Shown here one piece after another: positions 8,468 through 12,930 of a stretch of 12,930 bases of DNA. Position 1 is the stretch's first letter; every line of letters begins with the position of its first letter. The notes under the pieces were generated by a model. That model did not search any database, had not been told where the DNA came from, and was given only the letters and a program-made list of their open reading frames with translations. The DNA comes from Candidatus Thorarchaeota archaeon (GTDB lineage Archaea > Asgardarchaeota > Thorarchaeia > Thorarchaeales > Thorarchaeaceae): the NCBI GenBank assembly GCA_048884965.1, contig JBHLQH010000064.1:1-12930 (forward strand), read 5' to 3'. Made by a program: the position numbers and the translations under genes.

Positions 8468-8558
8468 TCCTAGTATCGATTGGATGTACTTTGTTTAACA
8501 CTTGTGGTAAGATGCATAAAGGGGACTAATTCAAATAGATGGAGTATGTGGGAGCCAT

Positions 8559-9884
8559 ATGCGTTTCTTTGAACCTGCAGAGAACCAATCTTGCTATTAT
8601 TGTAAGAAGATACATACAGTTGAGGATGGCTATCCAATTCGGAATAGCGTGTACTCGTATGAAAACTATGTCTATCGGTGTACATGGCATTCAAGATTTC
8701 AATGCTCGAAGTGCGGAAAGGAGTACCATTTCAGCTGGTTCTATTGGTGTCCTGAAACCAAGGAACTCGTCTGTGGGGGTTGTAGCAAACCCCGATTATA
8801 TCCTGTCAAGTTCTGGGATCGTACTTATGCATACGAATTCTATTGTGAAACCTGTGATACACATCACTATGACCTTCTTTACTCCGAGTACTGTGGTACT
8901 CATCCATGGCAAATTGGAATCTTCAAGTTGAAGAATACTATAGGCTCTTCCGATCCATGGCAACCAATGTGGTGCCCGGAAACGCAACGTTCTGGTGAAG
9001 CTCTTACCTTGGAGGAGTCATTGAGACTTGAGAATAGAGTCTTCGCTCTTCGAAAGGAGCTGAGTGTCTACGAGCCTGTTGCAGCGATTGTGCCAGAGAA
9101 TGATATGAACGAGTCTGAAACTGAAGAGGCCTGGGAGAGATTTAGTGAAGAATGGCTGACACGATTGGATTCCGATTCCCCAGATGAAGGTGATATGAAT
9201 CGAAGGTATGTTATTGACCCTGCATTGATGAAATTAATTGGAGATGTGAGTGGGCATAGGATTCTCGATGCCGGTTGCGGGAATGGTTACCTATCAAGGA
9301 AACTGGCTCGCTTGGGTGCAACAGTCACAGGCGTAGATTTTACTAGTCCATTCATCGATTATTGCAAGCGTAGAGAATCTGAGAACCCACTAGGTTGTAC
9401 ATTTATCCAAGCTTCATTGGATGACCTTTCGTTCTTTGACGAAAAGATGTTTGATCTTGTTGTTTCAAATATCGTCATGGTGGATGTCGTGAACTTCAAA
9501 CAAGCATTTCGAGAGATCTGTAGAGTCCTCACAGATGATGGAAGATTCATCTGGTCAAATACACATCCCGTATTTGGTAGGTCCGGATCTTTTGATGTAA
9601 GATTGCCCAGTGACACGGCTCGACCAGAAGAGAGATACCTGAAGCTTGTTGACCGATATTTCGATTCGGGGGGAATACTATTCGACTGGGATGGTCATAA
9701 CCTCTGGCAAATTGACCGAACATTGGAGGAATATAGCAAAGCATTGAAACAAGCAGGCTTAGTAATTTCGGAGATAATTGAACCAAGACCATCTAATGAG
9801 GCTATTCAAGAAAATCCTAGATACTTCGCTTTTGATGGAGATAGATGGACTCATTTTATTATCTTTGAGTGCATGAAGCGATAG
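8559..9884 (+). CDS. Class I SAM-dependent methyltransferase with an N-terminal Cys/His-rich multi-zinc domain
   Basis: SAM motif I RILDAGCGNG, plus VTGVDFT, FDLVVSN and RVLTDDGRFIWSNTHP. Residues 12-115 carry several CxxC/CxxH pairs. GGGAG SD before the ATG. Confidence 0.88.
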   Translation: MRFFEPAENQSCYYCKKIHTVEDGYPIRNSVYSYENYVYRCTWHSRFQCSKCGKEYHFSWFYWCPETKELVCGGCSKPRLYPVKFWDRTYAYEFYCETCDTHHYDLLYSEYCGTHPWQIGIFKLKNTIGSSDPWQPMWCPETQRSGEALTLEESLRLENRVFALRKELSVYEPVAAIVPENDMNESETEEAWERFSEEWLTRLDSDSPDEGDMNRRYVIDPALMKLIGDVSGHRILDAGCGNGYLSRKLARLGATVTGVDFTSPFIDYCKRRESENPLGCTFIQASLDDLSFFDEKMFDLVVSNIVMVDVVNFKQAFREICRVLTDDGRFIWSNTHPVFGRSGSFDVRLPSDTARPEERYLKLVDRYFDSGGILFDWDGHNLWQIDRTLEEYSKALKQAGLVISEIIEPRPSNEAIQENPRYFAFDGDRWTHFIIFECMKR

Positions 9885-9935
9885 TGTAGACATTGCTTCT
9901 GAATTACACATTCTGTTTAGCGTAGAACGAGGTCA

Positions 9936-9943
9936 TTATATTT
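9936..9943 (+). promoter_or_regulatory. Putative archaeal TATA box (TTATATTT) for the 9964 gene
   Basis: The AT box begins 28 nt upstream of ATG 9964, a spacing typical of leaderless archaeal transcripts. Confidence 0.35.
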
Positions 9944-9963
9944 GGGTTCATTCCGAATTCGAC

Positions 9964-10461
9964 ATGATAGATATGGGCATATCTCTGAGTGACAATCCAA
10001 ATCTTCGCAAGCTCGTACGAGAAATCAGGAGTGTTCGAAATCATCCTTTCAGGTTAAAACAGCTTCTTGCTGAATATGAAGCAAACTATGGGGAAGACGC
10101 CAATAGCGCGGTACTGCAGATAGTTGCAGAGGACACTAGAAGAATTTGGGCAGGTATTGCGTATGATAAGGGAAGTAACTCTCTTGATGATCTACTTGAC
10201 TGTCTATGGATACAATTTGAGGATACAGGAGGAGAATTCGCTCTTCATCACGAGGATGGAGCTATTCATGTTTGTGCAACTAAGTGCCCAATTGCAGATG
10301 TCTACAAAAGAATTGGAAAGGAATCCTTGGGAATGTTGTTTCATTGCAGCTCGGATCCTTTCATTGTGGAAGGCTTCAATGATTCGATAGAATTCTCATT
10401 GGCAAAAACCCTGATGGAAGGGGATGACTATTGCGATCATCGCTATTCTCTGAAGAACTAG
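9964..10461 (+). CDS. L-2-amino-thiazoline-4-carboxylic acid (ATC) hydrolase-like / V4R-fold protein
   Basis: The pattern TKCPIADVY...FHCSSD...EGFN...KTLMEGDDYCDHRY matches the three-Cys family signature. Confidence 0.8.
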   Translation: MIDMGISLSDNPNLRKLVREIRSVRNHPFRLKQLLAEYEANYGEDANSAVLQIVAEDTRRIWAGIAYDKGSNSLDDLLDCLWIQFEDTGGEFALHHEDGAIHVCATKCPIADVYKRIGKESLGMLFHCSSDPFIVEGFNDSIEFSLAKTLMEGDDYCDHRYSLKN

Positions 10462-10559
10462 CACATTCTCTCTTTAAACTAGGAAATGCAACAGGTTGAG
10501 ACATACAGACAATGAATCCTCATTGGGTTGTATGCAATATATTTCTCTGGCAAAAAGAG

Positions 10560-10805
10560 ATGAAAGATGATCAGTTTCTGAAGACTATAAAGGACATCAA
10601 GGAGAAAGTAGATTCCCTGATGGTAAGATTTCGGAATTTCAGTTATGCTTCCGAGGAATTCTGGGCTGTTCATGATGAGATCGTTCAACTTCTGTACAAA
10701 GGACTTGATCTTGCAAACGCGATTGAAGAGGTCGGATATGCTAGGGAATTCAGAGAAAAACTCAATATTCTGAAGGATAGTGTTCCATCCGGCTATTGGA
10801 AATAG
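10560..10805 (+). CDS. Small helical hypothetical protein (81 aa)
   Basis: Amphipathic helical pattern (MKDDQFLKTIKDIKEKVDSLM...). ATG 10560 is preferred over 10512 because the extension looks non-coding. A strong hairpin follows immediately. Confidence 0.6.
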   Translation: MKDDQFLKTIKDIKEKVDSLMVRFRNFSYASEEFWAVHDEIVQLLYKGLDLANAIEEVGYAREFREKLNILKDSVPSGYWK

Positions 10806-10806
10806 C

Positions 10807-10855
10807 ACGCAATTGGTCTGAATTAGACGAATTTTGACCAATTGTGTTTATGTTT
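10807..10855 (+). terminator. Hairpin followed by a T-rich tract directly after the 10805 stop
   Basis: CAATTGGTC (10810-10818) and GACCAATTG (10836-10844) are a perfect inverted repeat, extendable with G-U pairs and followed by TGTTTATGTTT. Confidence 0.5.
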
Positions 10856-10996
10856 AAAGAAGGCACAATCGTAAATTTGTATCATTGCACAAGGACAATG
10901 GGTTCATTTCATATTTCTTGAAGCAAATAGGGATGTCAGAATATTCGGATACTTTTCATAGCCAAATGTCTGACACCCTCTTTGAAGAGAACGGGA

Positions 10997-11113
10997 TTAC
11001 ACACCCGTCCATCCCATATGTAGTCTGTCCTCGATCAGTGTAATGTTACGCCTTGAATTCCTGGAATGGTTATTCCTGCGTTTCCTTCCACTAGAGTTGT
11101 TATGTCTGCCCAC
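10997..11113 (-). CDS. Putative 38-aa Arg/Asn-rich small protein (not in the ORF track)
   Basis: GTG start 5 nt after a GGAGGTG SD (11119-11125 on the - strand). Translation: MGRHNNSSGRKRRNNHSRNSRRNITLIEDRLHMGWTGV*. Confidence 0.5.
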   Translation of the reverse strand: MGRHNNSSGRKRRNNHSRNSRRNITLIEDRLHMGWTGV

Positions 11114-11531
11114 TTACCCACCTCCCTGCTCGCCGGTCGAATGCCTGACGTACAATGTCACTGATGTGAATAGCAATTACTCGGGAAGAAGGAGTGGGCT
11201 GATGGTTATTTTGACAAGATCGTAATCTGTCAATTTTGTTCCGAGAATCGTTTTTTGACTTAATCATTTAGTGGCAATCGCCTAGCCAAAAATTATGAAC
11301 ATCTTTACTCATAAATATTTGTTAGTATCAATTGATAATCTAGATGCGCGCTAGAGCACGATTCATGAAAGCGCCTGAAAATTCTGCAGGCGATGTGAAG
11401 AATTTGGATACATAATATGCGTAATTATCATCTTGCTTCTTCCAAGAAGACATTCTCTAGAATTCCGCCTGTAGGAAGATTTGAATAAGTCCGTTCATAA
11501 TGAAGAAAACTCTACGGAGCGCGTGATATTC

Positions 11532-11927
11532 ATGGCACAATTAGTTTTCACATATGGAATGTACTTCATTCTTGCAGCCCTGATTACCTACACAATCGCA
11601 GTATGGGGCGAACAACTAACACATGATCTAAAGCCCATATTCGTTGTGATGTTCTGTATCGGCGTCTGCTGTGACACGACCGGGACAATGATAATGGCAC
11701 TGAATCTGGAGTCATTAGGAACTCCCCTCAGTCCGCTGGATGCCCTATTTCATTCTGTCACTGGTTTGGCAGCCATCATTCTAATGCTTATCCATGCCAT
11801 CTGGGCGATACGGGTGTTATTGCAGAAGGATGAGGTTTCAGCCGCACGATTCCACAGGTTCTCAAAGTATGTGTGGGTATTCTGGTTGATTCCATTCTTC
11901 TCTCCGATGATTGCCCAGCAATTTTAG
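11532..11927 (+). CDS. hsmA: HsmA / TIGR03987-family 4-TM putative heme-binding membrane protein
   Basis: Motifs ALITYTIAVWGE, GVCCDTTGT, FHSVTGLAAIILMLIHAIWA and FHRFSKYVWVFWLIPF match the family as I recall it. Start at ATG 11532 (MAQLV) rather than TTG 11481. The symbol is family-level only. Confidence 0.8.
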   Translation: MAQLVFTYGMYFILAALITYTIAVWGEQLTHDLKPIFVVMFCIGVCCDTTGTMIMALNLESLGTPLSPLDALFHSVTGLAAIILMLIHAIWAIRVLLQKDEVSAARFHRFSKYVWVFWLIPFFSPMIAQQF

Positions 11928-12007
11928 AATGCAAAAAGTCGTCAAAGATATATATCGTTCGCGAGGATTTTTACACGAGAAAGAGTGGAAAAGGAATTGA
12001 TAACCAA

Positions 12008-12930
12008 GTGGGTTTCGATAGATCAAATAGATTCTACGGTGCTTTAGCCTTCTTTATTTTCATCATGGCTCCTGCAGGCTTCTTCTTTGGCCAGACCCCT
12101 GCGAATGTACGATATGACAATGTGACTCCCTTCCGTGATTATGGGGATTCATCAACGTATCGGATTGAGAACTATGAAGTTGATGTATATCCTCAATCAG
12201 ATGGTACATTGAATGTCCATCTATTGATTGAGTACTATGTGCTAAGTGGAACGAAAACAAGAGGATTCAAGCAATTCTTGTTGCCAACCCCTAATAGCTA
12301 TATCTACGGAGCAGAGGCATATGATGGGCAGTCATTAGATGTTCATGTCACTCCTGATGGTATGTACATCGAGGTTGGCTGGACATTTTATTCGCCCTTC
12401 ACTGGGCCAAAGACAGTTAATGTGGAATTTAATGTGGGGAACGGTGTTTCTCAGGAGTTATTTGCTGACGTAATTCGTCTTCCAAATGCAGGACGATGGG
12501 GTGTGAGTGTTAGTAGATCCGTGTACAGAGTGCATCTTCCTGATGGTGCAGGTCTACTAAGCAATGTTTCACAAAGCGTATTCGAAGACCATCTCATAAC
12601 ATGGGACCCTCCAGAGGTCTATGCGACTCCCTTTACAGGGATTGCATCGAGATTTGCTGGTGTTCTCTGCATCGCATTGACGATTATCTGCATAACTGGC
12701 ATTATTCAGACCGAACGATCCAAGGTCACATTATCTCCGGGTAACCATCCCCGACCGACTTCCTTTCCAGTTGGATTCTTGGCTGCAATGAAATTCGGAG
12801 TATCAAAGGCAATCTGGGCCTCATTATTTGCCATGGAGATATATGGGAAAAGGGAATCCAAAGCAAGTATTCTTCCATCCAGATTCATTAGAGGTCATGA
12901 GTATGTCATCGCACAGTCAACAGGGGCCGC
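12008..12930 (+). CDS. DUF2207-like membrane protein, 3'-truncated (missing from the ORF track because there is no stop in the window)
   Basis: Open frame from GTG 12008 to the window end. Signal-like MGFDRSNRFYGALAFFIFIMAPAGFFFG, then YRIENYEVDVYPQSDGTLNVHLLIEY, YRVHLP, a TM helix FAGVLCIALTIICITGII, and PRPTSFPVGFL. Confidence 0.75.
   Translation, partial: MGFDRSNRFYGALAFFIFIMAPAGFFFGQTPANVRYDNVTPFRDYGDSSTYRIENYEVDVYPQSDGTLNVHLLIEYYVLSGTKTRGFKQFLLPTPNSYIYGAEAYDGQSLDVHVTPDGMYIEVGWTFYSPFTGPKTVNVEFNVGNGVSQELFADVIRLPNAGRWGVSVSRSVYRVHLPDGAGLLSNVSQSVFEDHLITWDPPEVYATPFTGIASRFAGVLCIALTIICITGIIQTERSKVTLSPGNHPRPTSFPVGFLAAMKFGVSKAIWASLFAMEIYGKRESKASILPSRFIRGHEYVIAQSTGA

Noticed and set aside
8539-8931. 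130-aa + strand ORF overlapping the methyltransferase 5' end in another frame
   Set aside because: It is a shadow of the Cys-rich domain frame, which is continuous with the methyltransferase and has an SD; the alternative product has no motif.
1451-10390. Numerous short antisense or alternate-frame ORFs in the track (e.g. 1916-2158, 2550-2864, 4107-4388, 6241-6531, 7393-7668, 8193-8498, 9359-9616)
   Set aside because: All lie within well-supported genes and lack independent signals.
10479-10841. 120-aa - strand ORF
   Set aside because: Antisense to the 10560-10805 ORF, which has a more protein-like amphipathic pattern, is co-oriented with its neighbours and is followed by a terminator-like hairpin.
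11043-11225. 60-aa + strand ORF, and a 36-codon ORF at 10933-11043 joined to it by TAATG
   Set aside because: No SD and no recognisable motifs. Both overlap, antisense, the better-supported small ORF and the hairpins, so they are probably chance frames.
12063-12888. Short - strand ORFs 12063-12260 and 12706-12888, suggesting a non-coding or pseudogene end region
   Set aside because: The region is fully occupied by one intact + strand frame from 12008.
1-12930. CRISPR array, IS/transposase, integrase, tRNA or rRNA
   Set aside because: No regularly spaced short direct repeats, terminal inverted repeats flanking a transposase, or recognisable stable-RNA sequence were seen by eye.

Overview
The window looks archaeal. 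It has GGAGG/GGGGTG ribosome-binding sites, TATA-like boxes about 25-30 nt before some starts, and compact genes on mixed strands. An Asgard/Thorarchaeota-like origin is my impression from gene content and is unproven. Gene order: 3' part of a large acidic surface-type protein with cadherin-like Ca2+/Ig-fold repeats and a duplicated helical C-terminal module; ridA and carbamate kinase (-); ADP-ribosylglycohydrolase (+); secernin-like C69 Ntn-hydrolase and a crotonase-family enzyme (-); two tandem paralogous 3-TM proteins (+); an unknown-domain/degenerate Zn-ribbon protein and a TPR protein (-); a class I SAM methyltransferase with an N-terminal LIM-like multi-zinc domain, an ATC-hydrolase/V4R-like protein and a small helical protein (+); a roughly 720-nt intergenic region; an HsmA-family heme membrane protein; and a DUF2207-like membrane protein that runs off the right edge and is missing from the ORF track. 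The intergenic region is packed with inverted repeats. It hides a 38-aa Arg/Asn-rich small ORF with a strong, potentially sequestered SD, plus a SECIS/K-turn-like hairpin. No rRNA, tRNA, CRISPR array or transposase was seen.
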